A DNA stretch of 64,000 bases from Lama guanicoe. Its lineage: Eukaryota. Every line of letters starts with the position of its first letter. Position 1 is the stretch's first letter. The stretch is from NCBI GenBank assembly GCA_013239625.1, contig MU053645.1:558001-622000 (forward strand). The letters run 5' to 3'. The notes below the pieces were generated by a model. It saw only the letters and a program-made list of their open reading frames with translations, was not told where the DNA came from and made no database searches. Below, one piece after another: positions 49,900-63,350 of the stretch. The position numbers and the translations under genes were made by a program.

Positions 49900-50960
49900 G
49901 CTCCCTCAGCATTTAGTCTTGGCTTGATAATTTCTCTGCAATAGGTTCCCTACCTCACAAGGTTGAGCATTTAAATTTTAAATAACACTCTTAAAATTTT
50001 ATTCTTAGGGGGAGGCTATAGCTCAGTGGTAGAACATGTGCTTAGCATGCACAAGGTCCTGGGTTCAATACCCAGTACCTCCATTAAAAATAAATAAATA
50101 AATAAACCTAACTTCCTCTCACCCCCCCAAACAAATTTTAAAGAGAACAATAATAATAATAATAAATTTTATTCTTTACATTCATCTAACATTTGTCTCT
50201 TTGCCTGTTTTGTCTGTATGTTTCTGCTCCTTAGAATAACACATAGTAAACCATACACCTTCTATATACCAATGCCTAAAATATTTGCAGACAGATTTCT
50301 TGATATCTTTCACCCTCTGCCTGTCTGAAAATCTTACCGTTTCCAGGCTAAACACTTCCAGTTCCTTCAATTGTCCACTGTCTTTTAGGTGACATGTATT
50401 CCAAAACCCTTTACCATCCTAGACATCCTTTATTGGGCAAAATGAAATCTGTCAATAGGTCTCTTAAATAAGGCAAAATAAACTGAACACATGATTTCAA
50501 ATGTCATCTAAAGTGCAGTGGAACCAATACTTCTATTGTTCTGGACCCAACTTTCCTGTGATGCAGACTAAGACTGAATTAGCATTTTTGGCAACTTAAT
50601 CACACTTCTTGTACTCTTAGCCAAATAAAATCCCAAGACTGTACTTTTGCAGTTGGATTTTTGGACCTGAATGAAAAACTTTACATTTTTTTTGATTAAA
50701 TGTCATCTGGTTAGTTTCAACCCATCATTCCAAACTACTGAGATCTTTTTGAATAAGAATTATGTCCTCCAAAGAATTAACTGTCCCTCCCAACTTCCTC
50801 TCATCTGCAAATGTGATAAGTATAATTTATATGTCATCTAAGTCACTGATAAAAAAATGAAGAACAGGACAGCACCCTGAGAGAGGGCTCTCTGGTGGTC
50901 AACAACATTGATTCATTAATAAACACTTCTGAAGTACAGTGCCTACTGACTGCCCAAAGT
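49900..50960 (-). mobile_element. L3/CR1 LINE, ~900 bp of RT region and 3' end
   Basis: ORF 50182-50370 (KELEVFSLE..VCKYF) resembles CR1 'ELGLFSLEKRRLRGDL..YKYL'; reverse complement 'tttgcagatga' is the FADD motif. Confidence 0.8.
50008..50163 (+). mobile_element. tRNA-derived camelid SINE (Vic-1-like) with perfect TSD
   Basis: A box tagctcagtgg, B box ggttcaatacc, (aaat)n, C-rich tract, (aat)n tail; TSD aaattttattctt 49994-50006/50164-50176. Confidence 0.93.
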
Positions 50961-51024
50961 TCCCCACTGTGCCACACTTCTCTGGCTCTGCCTCATGCTC
51001 TGAGCCATTATTCCCCAAATTGAA

Positions 51025-51192
51025 CAAGCTGAACAATTTGTGGAGGCCAGCGCAAATGAAAATATGAGGCCTCTTGTTCAAAAGTTAAGAATTTCAAGAC
51101 AGTAACAGCAGATCATTAAACCCAGTGCAGGGCCCTTCTAAGCACGAGACACTGTGTGACTACACAGATCCCACACCCATGAAGCCAGCCCT
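51025..51192 (-). mobile_element. MER45A hAT-Tip100 MITE
   Basis: 'aagaatttcaagac..cattaaac..gggcccttct..cccatgaagccagccct' is the reverse complement of MER45A. Confidence 0.85.
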
Positions 51193-51207
51193 ATCTTCAA
51201 ACTTTCC

Positions 51208-51622
51208 TGTGACAGAGACTGCTAGCTTTTCTACAAAATTTCTATTTCCTTTTCTTTATGAACAGATACCTAGACTATATGTGCCGGTCTCCATCACAAT
51301 TAGGACTCTAAGTCTGAGTTCTAGCCAGTACAATATGAATGGAAGTGATTATATCAATTCCAGACCTGGCCCATAAAAATTTCCCACATGAGTTTTTTTT
51401 CATGTCATTTTGTCTTTCATCAGGTTGATACAGATGATAATGGGGACCTTGGAAGCCACATGCTAAAGATGGTAAAATTTCAAGAATGAAGGAACTCAGG
51501 TTCATGAATTAATAACACTTTTTTAGGATTTTGTGTGAAAAACATTAATTTCTATTATGCTTCAACCATTATACATCTTTGGGTTTGCTTCTTACAGCTG
51601 CTGATGTCACCCTGGAAAATAC
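51208..51622 (+). mobile_element. MaLR LTR (MLT1J-like)
   Basis: 'tgtgacagagactgctag', 'ctgagttctagcca..gaagtga..tccagacctggcccataaaa', 'ggaccttggaagccacatg'. Confidence 0.8.
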
Positions 51623-51624
51623 AT

Positions 51625-51795
51625 TACCTGATCACCAGAATTACCTAGAAGGCTAGGAGAAATTCAGATACCTGGGTCCCTCTACTAAAGAATACAATCC
51701 AGTGGATCCGAGAGGGGTGGAAACCTATGTTTTCAATCAATCCCTCACGGCTGATTCTGAAGATACATATGGTAAGACTGGAGACCCATTGTCTA
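51625..51795. mobile_element. MER5-like hAT MITE
   Basis: 'cagaattacctaga..cagatacctggg..ctgattctga..ggagacccattgtctaga'. Confidence 0.6.
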
Positions 51796-51799
51796 GACT

Positions 51800-52148
51800 T
51801 TGCCTTCCTGTATCCCTATCACAAAGCCCCCTATCCTATGTTCGGTATTCTCCTGGTTCTTATTTCCCAGGTGATAATTACCTCATGTAATCTGCTTCAT
51901 AGAAAATAGTTTTGATGTCGGGAGCGCCAGCAGCCATCTTGTAATTTGGGGATGGAAGTTAAATGCAAAAAAATGGAGGAGCAGAAAGAGAGTAAAAGCC
52001 TAGATCTCTGATGACTTCCTGAAGCTTCCATACCAAATCTGGACTAACTCCTGATTCTTTTTGCTTTGAAAGAATAAATGCTTACGTGTTTGAAAAACTA
52101 TTCAGTAGAGTTTTCTATTTTATGAACAGAATCTAACTCTAACCTACA
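51800..52148 (+). mobile_element. MaLR LTR (MLT1K/L-like)
   Basis: 'gcagccatcttg', 'ggagcagaaagagag..agcctagatctctgatgac', end 'ctctaacctaca'. Confidence 0.7.
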
Positions 52149-52187
52149 GGAAATTATGTTGGAATATGTTGCTCTTTGGGGTTCATG

Positions 52188-52234
52188 ATACATATCTATA
52201 TCTATATCTATATCTATATCTATATCTATCTATA
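52188..52234. repeat. (TATATC)n microsatellite
   Basis: Read directly. Confidence 0.9.
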
Positions 52235-52493
52235 TTTTGTAAACTGGTGGTTGCTCTTTATCTTCATATAAAACCACGCCTTCCCTAAGTAACCTGTCCA
52301 AGCAATTGAGTGGCATGGTGGAAGCAATGGAGGTAAGTAGTACTTCATTTCACTAGGATCTTAAATCAGATTGTATTGCTCTTTAGTTGTCAATATCTCT
52401 TACAAGGCTAGAGATACACTGTTAAAGTCTTAAAATTGCAGAGATAATATCCTGTGTTTGACACTTTTCAATGAATAAATATTTATATCAGCT

Positions 52494-52875
52494 TGCTATG
52501 GTCTGAATGTCTGTGTCCACTCAAAGTTCATATGTTGAAACCTAATGCCCAAAGTGATAGTATTAGGAGGTGGGGTATTTGGGAGGTGCTTAAGTTATGA
52601 AGGCTCTCCCCTCATGAATGGGATTAATACCCTTATAAAAGAGACCTCAGAGAGATCCCTTGCTCCTTCTGCCATGTGAGGCTACACTGAGAAAACCACT
52701 GTCACTAAGGAAGCAGGCTCTCACCTGCAGGCTCTCACTGCAGACACCAAATCTGCCAGTGACTTGATCATGGACTTCCCAGCCTCCAGAACTGTAAGAA
52801 ATACATTTCTGTTGTTTATAAACCATACAGTCTATGCCATTTTTTTTGTTATAGCAACCTGAAAAGACTAAGATA
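52494..52875 (+). mobile_element. MLT1A-like solo LTR, full length
   Basis: 'tgctatggtctgaatg..atatgttgaaacctaa..ctcatgaatgggatta..ggacttcccagcctccagaactgtaagaaata..gactaagata'. Confidence 0.93.
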
Positions 52876-54444
52876 TAACTCATGCTCTTCCTAATCTGAT
52901 GAAAAGAAAACAAATGAGCTTTTGAGAGGATGATTCAGGCACCCCGTTTGGTTCAAGATGATTTTGAATAGTATGTACGAAGATGGTTCTGTCTTTTATT
53001 TTTCTTTCTTTTTCATCAATTAAAAAGCAAAGAAAGAGTGGCAGATAAAGCAGGATCCGATCATCCGTCTTAAAGGGACGGTTAGAGCTTTTGCATATAA
53101 ATGAAAGCTATCAGTTTTGTCAACCTTAAATTGGAGCTCTAAACACCATGTCTGCAGCCAATTAATATTCTATGACCAATCAGATCACTCATGCAGACTG
53201 TTCTCCCATCCTGAAACATAATCCCAGTGCCAAAAAAATATTAGCTACAGAAGATAGAGCAGTTTTAACTTGTAATTTCCAACCAACTTGAGTCAATTTA
53301 TTATTCATTTATGCTAAAAGCATGCATTTTCCAAAAATATTTTGACTGAATATGTCTTGACAATGAAAAGCAGCTGAATAAAAGGCCTAAATTATTTGAG
53401 ATTTGGTGTTCTGTAATATCAAGAAGTCCAGTCCCACAAACGTCAATTTCCTAAGGACCATACTCATGACTGGGGACGTTCAGAGTTCTGATTTCTCATT
53501 CAGAGGACAAAATCATCACTTGGTTGTGCGACTTGGACCATCAATTCTGGCTTTCAGTGGTGCTACCTCTATCCCTCGCAAATCCTTGGAATATGCCAAT
53601 CTGGATGGTCTAGGAAGATATATGTGCGACATCAATAATGTCAGGGATAAAGTATGCACACTAGGCATGCTCAAGGGATCTTTTGCCCTTAAAAGATAGA
53701 AAATCTAGAGAACAAAGATAACAGGCTTATTGACAGCTAACAAAGCAGCCACAAGCAGCTTTAAAGCTGGATTGAGTCAGAGAAGTATTTGCTTAAAAGC
53801 CCATTGTCCTTGAACAAAGACAGGGAGCCCTTTGCACAGAAAAAGCAGGTCAATTTTCCCCACTCTGAAATGTTGACATCATTTTCCTTGTTGGGCTTGC
53901 AATCCACTAAGTGGAGAATGGTTGATTTATCTACTCCTTAGATTTGCAAATATAACTATGAGTGGTCCCTATCCAGAGTCGGGTTAAAATTCAACCGTAG
54001 GTTAAGCAGTACTCATCAGGACAGACATGAGTTGCCTACAAATATAGGGTCTATCTTTACAAAAAGTTGAATTTTGTGAAGAATACTAACATCCTCGTAC
54101 ATTTATGTTAACACTCTTAACGTAAAACAAGTCTGTCTTTAACTAAGAAGACGGAAATAAATCAACAATAGCTTACAACTAATAATCTATTTTTAAAATA
54201 AGAACCAGCTTTTAAGTTCCATAATTATTCATTTCCGTGACTTGATAGTACGAAATGAGAATGCGTTTTCCTATTCAAAGAGATTCTTGATAATAAGTTC
54301 GATTTACTTTCTCAGAAGAAAAGCCTTTGTAGAGTCAGTTTCAAAGAGGGAAGAAAACATGGATATCTGTCAGGGTTGAAGCTTAAAAAAGAAGTGAATG
54401 CTATGCTGTCTTCTCTGTAGATGGGCCAGGAACTAAGGCAATAC

Positions 54445-54670
54445 AACAGTGGTTAATGGCTTTCTAATCAGACATGGATTAGACTCCCAGCTCCACTAAT
54501 TAGCTATATGATGTTATAAAAATAATGTAAACATTCTATGCTTCAGTATCCCCACGAGTAAATGCGAATATTAGAATATTATAGGTTTGTTATAAGGATT
54601 AAATGAGGTAATATATGTAAAATGCCAGGCACATAGTAAGCACTTAATAAATTAGAGCTGATGTGATTTT
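54445..54670 (+). mobile_element. MIR SINE
   Basis: 'tcccagctccactaattagct..aggattaaatgagg..caggcacatagtaagcacttaataaa'. Confidence 0.8.
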
Positions 54671-54779
54671 GATTATTACCACAGTCTTATTCTGTTGGTC
54701 CAATTTATAATCTTTACAAATTTCAAATAGGAATATCCAAACATTGATGCTGTATCTCAATGTCATCTCCCAGAGATAT

Positions 54780-54895
54780 CTGTGTCAAAAGATATTTACT
54801 GAGTATCTGTTGTATACCTGGCACTGTGTTAGATACTGTAAAGAAGAAGGAAGAAAATTTTACAGCCCCTGCCTTCAAGGAATGTACAGTCAAAG
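54780..54895 (-). mobile_element. L2 3' fragment
   Basis: 'atatttactgagtatc..cctggcactgtgttagatactg..ccctgccttcaagga'. Confidence 0.7.
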
Positions 54896-57584
54896 TTGGA
54901 GTATATAATCTAGTTTTGACAGAATGCTATAAATGGTCTCTGCCAGAAGCTAGAAATTCTTAATCTATAATGAGTAGGATACACCCAGGACTAGAACATA
55001 AAACTAGCCTCGAATGCTTCCTGCGTGCAGAACTAAAGTGGGAGGACAGATATTAAGATCATGCTGAAAAGTGATTTATTCACAGATTTTAGTTAATCTT
55101 TAGTTAAGACAAAATTTCTCAGCACAGTCATTATTCTGTATACTTAAGAGACAAAATAAAATTCAAGAAATATCCTAGAAGGAGCTTTCTTTGACTCATT
55201 ATTTTCTCTACTGACTGCTTACTTTGTATGTGTTTTATTTGGTCACATGCATGAGAGAGAGAGAGAGATTAAGCATCTAGCCCAATTTCCTTTTTTTTAT
55301 ATAAACAGGAACCCAAAGAGGTAAAATGACTTTGCCTAAAGTCAAATACCTATTTATTAGCAAAACCAGAATTAGAACCCTGAGCTGGAACTCCCTAGCA
55401 CCTTTCTAAGCTCTGAGAGGGTTATCAAATCAATAATCCAGTTCCTTCACAGGAAGCCAAGAGCTGATTTATGTCTTTATGAGTAGGATCCACATTTTCA
55501 ACATCCTTTGCCTCCACCTACTCTCCCACCCCTTACTGTCCATTGGTTGGACAACACATCAGATGCTCAAAAGATGCTTATCTACTCAAAGGAAAACACT
55601 GTGGCTTGATTCAACATTTGTGGAAAAACAAACATGGACTTGACTATTCCATAGAGGGTAAATGTATTGTTGCTAAAGGAAAAACTAGTGATACTTTCTG
55701 CTATCCCAAACATATCAAATTAACAAGATTCTTATCTGCTGTTATTCCAAATAACCACATTTCACAGAGTAAACCATTCAGCTAAGTGGATTATCAAGTG
55801 ATTTCAAGACAGGCGTTTCATAAGACAGAAAACAAAATCTTTCTAACACCTACCAGAGGGAAGAGAAAATGGGGTCAGGCCACAGATGGCAGATCAGGAG
55901 AATGTTCTAGGGATTTGATCTAAGGATGAATAGTGTGAACCGAGTTGGGCAAAAGGCCACGTGTGCTGGGGCAGGAGAATTTAACCTCTTAATTTTGATG
56001 CAGAGTTGAAAAATTACATTGGAAAAGAGGAGTGTGAAGGAAGTGAGGGAAAGCACTGATGCTAAAACAACTGGGCTACCTCTCTCAGAGGCCCTGGTTT
56101 GATGACTTGCAAGGTAGAAAGAGAATTCATAGATTTGTTTCTGAGAACGATCATTCTGATCTTAATTTTTCAATAGTATTTTAACAAACTATGCCTTAAA
56201 AGTCCTAAACTGATAACAAATAGCTAAGTGCAAGAAGACAATTTTTTCTCTCTTCACACAATGACAAGGTGTAATTAAAACCAGCTGCTATTTCAAGAGC
56301 CTTCTTTAATAAATAAGGCCAATATGCAAGTTGTTTATGTATAAATTCCAAGCATTCCTCATTTTAACAAAAATGACATAGGGAATGAAAATCCACAGCT
56401 TCAGCAAAATTTCTCTTTGTAACAGTGATTCATCACCATCAGATTACTTTGCAATTTTATAAGATAGGTTTTAGTGGCATTTTGAAAAAATTAGGAAGAG
56501 GGGACAGCAACTGGAATGGAATAAAGAAAATATTACATAACCCCAAGTGAGATACTAATCTCCATTCAGATGACCATTGTGCTTTCATTATGAGGAAACA
56601 AAGCCTCACATAGCTCCTTAATAATCCAACTCCTGATAGCACTAGGCATCCCCATAATGATATAATTTGGGGACCACCCCCAGGCAGGAGGAATTAATGA
56701 TGCCCAATGAAAGATTTTCATGGGAGGGTGGCAGGGAAGGAGGGCTATGCAAGCCAAGAGTACAGCTCAAAGTGGATGTTTTCCAGGGTTCTGTTTGTTT
56801 AGGAATCAACAGAGCAACATCTCTAATAAGATACTCATTTCCTAAGCAGCTGCACTTTATAAATTATGCACACATGCTCACATACATTCACACACACACA
56901 CAAGCACACAATGCACATATACCTAGAAAATGCTTCTTTCTACTGTATGTTGAATTAAGTGTCACATACCTCTTGCCTCCACCGACTTTCTTGCTCTTCA
57001 ACTATGTTCTGCTATTATTACTCACTTCATTCCTATTGCAGTGGATTTATGACAGGACAGGATTGTTCTCCACAATGAAAGGAACTACTTATGAAAGAGG
57101 TTCAGTGATTTTCTTAAATATAGATTGCTTAAGAGAATCTAGAAACTTACTCTTTCGACAGCTTGAGCCTTCAGGGGGAAAGAAAACAGGCCCAGATTAA
57201 TTCACACAGATGTGTAGGGATTTGTGTTCAGATTTTTTTAAAAAGCCTAAAATACTCCACATTTGGAAGTGGCATTAACCCTTTCAAGCCACTAGGGTAA
57301 CACTTAGTAAGATGGAAACTCTAACTCAAATAGACTTTGGTGATGATTAAAAGACTTAAAGGACAGTATCCATAGGGGAAAAAGTCATTAGCATGAGCTC
57401 CTTCTTGCCTCAGTCCCTAATCATCTCCTGCTACACAGTTAACTGTTCTTCTCCTGTTAGAAGGCACTAAGGAAAACTGACACTACAGAAAACATCTATA
57501 AAGTATGAAGCGGTTCCATTTGGGGATCCACAGGACTTGGGGTCCTGAAAACTCTCCCAGAATGTCAGCAGCAGCCAAAATTAA

Positions 57585-57780
57585 TCACTGTGCTTGCTAC
57601 GTACCAGGCACAGCCTTAGGCACTTTGCATATATCATTTCATTTAATCCTCTCGACTTCCAACATCTCAACCCTCAATATGGCACAGGATATTCAGATGT
57701 TATATATAAGGAAAATAGCAACTACACAACAGAATAAAGATTTAAACCTACATCTGTCTGACTCAAGTACTTATATTCCT
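57585..57780 (-). mobile_element. MIR SINE
   Basis: 'gcttgctacgtaccaggcac..ggcactttgcatatatcatttcatttaatcctc..ctgtctgactc'. Confidence 0.7.
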
Positions 57781-60700
57781 TTGATGTTCTCTTTCCAGAG
57801 ACAAAATGAAATAACCCACTTTAACTACACTGCCCCTGTATGAACAAAGACATGGCATTATTCTGGGTAAATGTGGAAACTGCTGCCTGCTATTTAGTCT
57901 GGGCTGATCAGTGACTGAGTTTCAGTACACCTTGTGTAAAAGGTCATAATATGCTGAATACAGGTCTGGTCTCCTAAGAGGAGAATTTTTTTTTAAACAT
58001 GAAAATGGAAGAGACCAGTGAAACTCTTCTTGTTCACTGGTAATTAAATGATATCGGAAGTTTTAGTCTGTTTAGCATTGTAATGTTCTAGTCACCGATC
58101 TTGCCACTTTATTTCAGGTTAAGGGGAGAGGTATATAGCTTGCTAGCCTCTGTTGCTTGAAAAAATTCTCAGTTGAGCAGCATGATGTTATTTATGCACT
58201 TACATGATTAATACTCCATATTTGAGAGACACAATGTGAAAAGAAGTGTTTCACCTGTGCCTGGAAGTAAGAGAGGGAGGGAGAGAGTGGAAGAGAAGGG
58301 AATTGAGAGAGGGGAGGAGGGAGGCAGCAAAGAACAAAGCAAGGAAGAAAGGAAAGAAAGAGATATCAGAACATCAACAGCCCTTGTTTTACAGGGAGAT
58401 ACAGGATGAGAATCTTAGGAGTGGGGATGTATTCCCCTTTACAGTTCATGTCTCCTTTCTTAAATGAGAATGCCAGTTATTAAAACATGTTTGTGGTCAC
58501 CTGGGGAGCCTCTTATAGAGAAGGGTTACTTGCTTGCCCTTGTACTGTGACAGAAGAAAATCAAGGAACTGAATCTGGGGGATTTGTGGGCACTGAAGAC
58601 AGAACTTTGCCTGCTTCACACTTTGACAAGATAGGTGCTGAAAGAAATATGATTAACTACTGTGCAATTTGATAGCAAAGAATCATTTAATATTCCAAAG
58701 GGTAAGAGTGTCATTTCAACTTAACATGGCCAAAATAACTGAAGTACAGGATTATATTGGTAAATTGGATATATTAACACTTAGGTTAGTAGCATTTTTT
58801 GCCAAATAGATTTTCTCTATGGGAATTTAATGAGTATATGTTTCTTTTTGCTTATATTGATGAATTTGTATCCTTAGTTTGCATCATGATCCTGGCTAAG
58901 AGAGCAGAGCAAACTGGAAAAAAGAAACTTAGAGGACATTTATAATAAAGTTTTTTTTTAACAGAAAACATACACTCACACATACACATGTCCCAAACAC
59001 TCATGCTATTTATGTTGAATTGCCTTTAGTTTCTACATGAAAGGCTGTTAAATACATTTAAATAGATTTAAAAAATCTATTTTGTGTCTTGCTCACATGC
59101 CCAAGCCATAAAGATAAAGTTTTGAATATTGCACTGCTGCTAAAAGCCAAACACAAAGGTGTAGATGATGATGTAAGAGGGAAAGCAGGCTGACCTTTAA
59201 AGGAGAATTGAAAGATTTGTAAAAATAACATATTTTTAAAATAAATATTCCAGAACCAACACACATACAGAAGGTATACAGTCTAAGTAGATGAACAGAA
59301 TAAAAAAATTTACTTATATGAGATTAAAACAGACACAGACATATGTGTATGCACGCACACGCGCGCACACACACAGACACAGACATTCTCATTCTGTGTT
59401 GAACTAAGCATTTTAAAATCATTCATCCAAGAAAAGCACTTCAAGGATGGTGGAGTAAGGACCTCAAAAATCTACTCCTTCATAAAAGCAGTGACAAAAT
59501 TGGCAAAAATTGTCAAAGAAAACTTTTAGAACACTGGTAATTAACTAGGGCTTATAACAATCCAAGCAGTGTTTATTAAAGAAAAATGGTTGAATCTCAC
59601 TAATAACAATGAGCTTTATAGCATTTTAACTTGCCCGAATCCCAAGTTCCATGCCAGCTTTAAACCCCAACAGCCTCACAATTACGGTAGCTTGAAAAAT
59701 CAGCAGTCTAGCAGCCACTGGAGAAAACAGAACAGGTTTGGAGCAATCCAAAAAGCCTCATTCCCAGATAACTGTTACTATATGAGATGTCTGGAAGTTT
59801 GATGAAAAGCTCCATTTTCAGGGCTTGATTTCTTTGGCCAGACACAGAACCTACTCTGCTGCAAACAGTTTTGTCCACGGGGACTTTATGAAAAATGATC
59901 AGTGGCAATTGTTTAACACTGCAGCTGCCTGGAGTGGCATTACTAGTTGGAATTAACAAGAGGCTGACCAAAAATATAAAAAAGAAAAACTGGGGAATAA
60001 GATGTACATAGAGGACTTTGAAAAGCTCTGAGATATTCATGGACATCTGAAGGTCACACACATGAGCAAGACTGTGTACAAGTTCAGGAAAAGACCTGCA
60101 AAGATCTGCTAATGGATATGGATTTCTTCTCAGGGTGATAAAAGTATCCTAAAATTGATTTTGGTTATGGCTGTACATCTCTTTGCATATAATATCTTAG
60201 TTTACAGTTTTAAGGCTTATCTGTGTGTTAGTGTTTCATTCTTTTTATTAGTGAGTAGTACTCCACTGTATGGTTATACCATATTTTATTTATACATTCA
60301 TCAATCAATAGACATTTAGGCTGTTTCCACCTTTTGGCTATTGTGAGCATTTGTGTATAAGATTTATGTAAACATATGCTTTCATTTCAGCAGCACCAGA
60401 TAAACCAAGCAAACCAAAATAGCTCCCTAAAGGTTCTGAAAATTAAATACTTCTTGAAAGCACAGCCTGCAAAAGCAGGCCAAGACTCAAGTGCTAAACC
60501 TAAACAGGTGACTGCCTGCTAGAATAAAAAATTTAAATAGGTCCTAGATTCTCCTAATATAACAGACACCATTTTCAAGGAATAATAAAAAATCACCCAT
60601 CATACAAAGAACCAGAGAAACTGCAACTTAAATGAGAAAATACATGAATTGATACACTGAGATGAACTAGATGTTGGGATTATCTGAAAAGGATTTTAAA

Positions 60701-61789
60701 GCAGCCATCATAAAAATACTTGAACAATTAATTACAAATTCTCATGAAACAAATAAAAAGTAAGATTTCAGCAAAGAAACAAGAGTAATTAAAAATGAAA
60801 ATTATAGTGCTGAAAAATACAAAATAAGAATGTATAAAAACCCTATGGATAGACTCAATAGTAGAGTGGAGATCGCTGATACAATCAGTGGACTTGAGGA
60901 CAAATTAATATAGTCCACATCATCTAAACAACAGAGAGCAAATACAATGAATAATAATAGAGCCTCATAGACTTGCAGGACAATAATAAAATATCTGATA
61001 CACGCATGACTGAGACATTGTGCTATATACCAGAAACTAACTCATTGTAACTGACTGTACTTCAGTTAAAACAAAAGATTTGATATTTGTGTTATCAAAC
61101 TCTCAGAATGAGAGAAGAAAGACAGTGAGACTAAAAGAGTATTGAAATAAATAATGGCTGAATTTTTCCCCAAATGGGAAAACTCTGTAATTCTATATCC
61201 AGCAAAAAAGTATTTTAGCAATGAAGGATACAGACATCCTCAGATGAACAGAAACTAAAATAACTGGTTGCTCATAGACCTACCCTTAAAGCTTGGTTCA
61301 AGAACATTCTTCAAACAAAGAAGAAAATGATAAATGAAAGAATCTTGTCGCATCAGGAAGGAAGAAGAAATAACAGAAAAGAACAGAAACATGAGTACAT
61401 AAAATTGACTGTCCTTTTATTCATGAATTTTGTAAGTCATATTTGGTAATAGAAAAAATTACAACATTTATAATAAAAACAATGATATTTAAAACTGAGG
61501 AAAGTAAAGAGACATAAATGGAAGTGAGTTGTCTAAACTTAACTCAAAGCGGTAAAATGATAACAGCAGTAGACTGTTATAAGGCACATATATATAATAA
61601 TGATACACGAAGCAAACAGTACAGAAGTTGTATGAAAAAGATATACTCAAAATTACTGTAAATAAATCAAGATGCAATCTTAAAATGTGTTCAAGTAATC
61701 CACAGGAAGACAATAAAGAGAAACAGAGGAATAAGAATAAGAATTTCAATAAGAATTGCTAAAAATAAAATCAGTAATAAATAATAAAA

Positions 61790-63350
61790 TCAAGGACAGA
61801 CCTATAGACCAATGAAATAGAACGCAGAGCCCAGAAATTATCCCTCACATATGTGGCCAGTTGATTTTCAACAAGGGTGCTAAGACCATTCAATGGGGAA
61901 AGGACAGTCTTCAACAAACTCAGAAACTGGTTATCTGTATGCAAAAGAATGAAGGTGAACCTTTACCTTACACCTTACATTAAAAGTAAATCAAAATGAA
62001 TCAAAGTCCTAAACTTAAAACTAAAATTATAAAACCCTTAAAATAAATTCTTAATAGCATTAGATTCGGAAATATTTTATTGGATATGGCACCAAAAGAT
62101 CAGGCAACAACAAAATAAAATTAGACCTCACTAAAATTAAGAACTTTTGCACATTGAAGGACACTATCAAGAAGAAGAAAAGATAACTACAGAGTGTGAG
62201 AAAATATTTGCAAATCTTATAAGAGATTAATATCCAGAATATATTTTGAAAAACCCTATAATTCAATAACAAAGTCAATACAATTCAAAAATGGACAAAG
62301 GACTTGAATAGACACTTCTTTCAAAGAAGATGTACAAATGATCAATAAGCACATAAAAAGCTGCTCAACATCATCCGTCATTAGGTAAGTACAATTACAA
62401 ATCAGAATGTATAGCACAGGGAAATATACACAAAATGTTATGATAAATCACAGAGAAAAAAAATGTGACAATGAGTGTGTATATGTCTATGAATGACTGA
62501 AAAATTGTGCTGAACACTGGAATTTGACACAGCATTGTAAAATGATTATAAATCAATAAAAAAAATCCTGAAAAAAAATTACAAATCAGAATGAGATACT
62601 ACTTCAAACCTATTAAGATGACTATCATTTTTAAAAAACAAAAAACACATAAAATAAGTATTGGAGGTAATGTGGAGAAATTGGAGATCTGTGCATCACT
62701 GATAGGAATATAAATTGTACAACCACTGTGGAAACTAGTGATTTCTCAAAAGTTTAAACACAGATCTATCACATAACCCAGTAACTCCACTCCTAAGGAT
62801 ATGGTGAAAAGAATTGAAGGCAGGGATTCAAACAGATATCTGAACACTGATGTTTTAGCAGCATTATTCAGAATAACCAAAAGATGGAAACAATCCAAGT
62901 ATTCATCAGTAAATGAATGGAAAAACAAAATGTAGTATATAAATAAAATGAAATATATGATATGTGATGAAATATTACTCAGCCATAAAAAAGTAATGGA
63001 ATTTTGATATATGTTACAACATGGATGGACCTTGAAAACATCACGGTAAGTGAAGTAAACCAGAGATATTAAGACAAATATTATATGATTTATATGAAGT
63101 ACCTAGCATAAGCAAATTCATAGAGACAGAATAGAGGTTACCAGAGGATGGGGAAGAAGGGAAATGGGGAGTGAATGTTTTATGTGTACAGTTTATGTTT
63201 GAAATCTGGGATATAGATACTGGTGATAGATACACAACATTGTGAATGCATTTAAAATGCCACTGAATCATACATTTATAAATTGTTAAAATGATAAATA
63301 CCATGTATATTTTACTATAATAAAATGGTTAAAAATAATAAATAAATAAA
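61790..63350 (+). mobile_element. L1MA/MB ORF2 3' part and 3' UTR nested in the older L1
   Basis: 'atagaccaatgaaatagaac..gagcccagaaat', 'caagggtgctaagaccattcaatggggaaagga', 3' UTR and A-rich tail. Confidence 0.9.
62410..62576 (+). mobile_element. Young, severely 5'-truncated L1 terminus with perfect 17-bp TSD
   Basis: TSD aattacaaatcagaatg 62393-62409/62577-62593; 'tatagcacagggaaatata..cattgtaaaatgattataaatcaataaa' plus A-tail. Confidence 0.92.

Noticed and set aside
50008..50080. tRNA-like sequence with A and B boxes
   Set aside because: It is the head of a SINE, followed by body, tail and TSD, not a tRNA gene.
53403..53699. 98-aa ORF in unique DNA, also partly open on the antisense strand
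   Set aside because: No recognisable protein and no convincing splice-site pair; kept only as part of a candidate non-coding block.
56667..57200. Longest ORF (177 aa)
   Set aside because: TTG start, crosses a (CA)n tract, low-complexity composition, no recognisable domain or splice frame.
59341..59385. Alternating purine-pyrimidine tract with Z-DNA potential
   Set aside because: An ordinary short compound (CA/CG) microsatellite with no promoter context.
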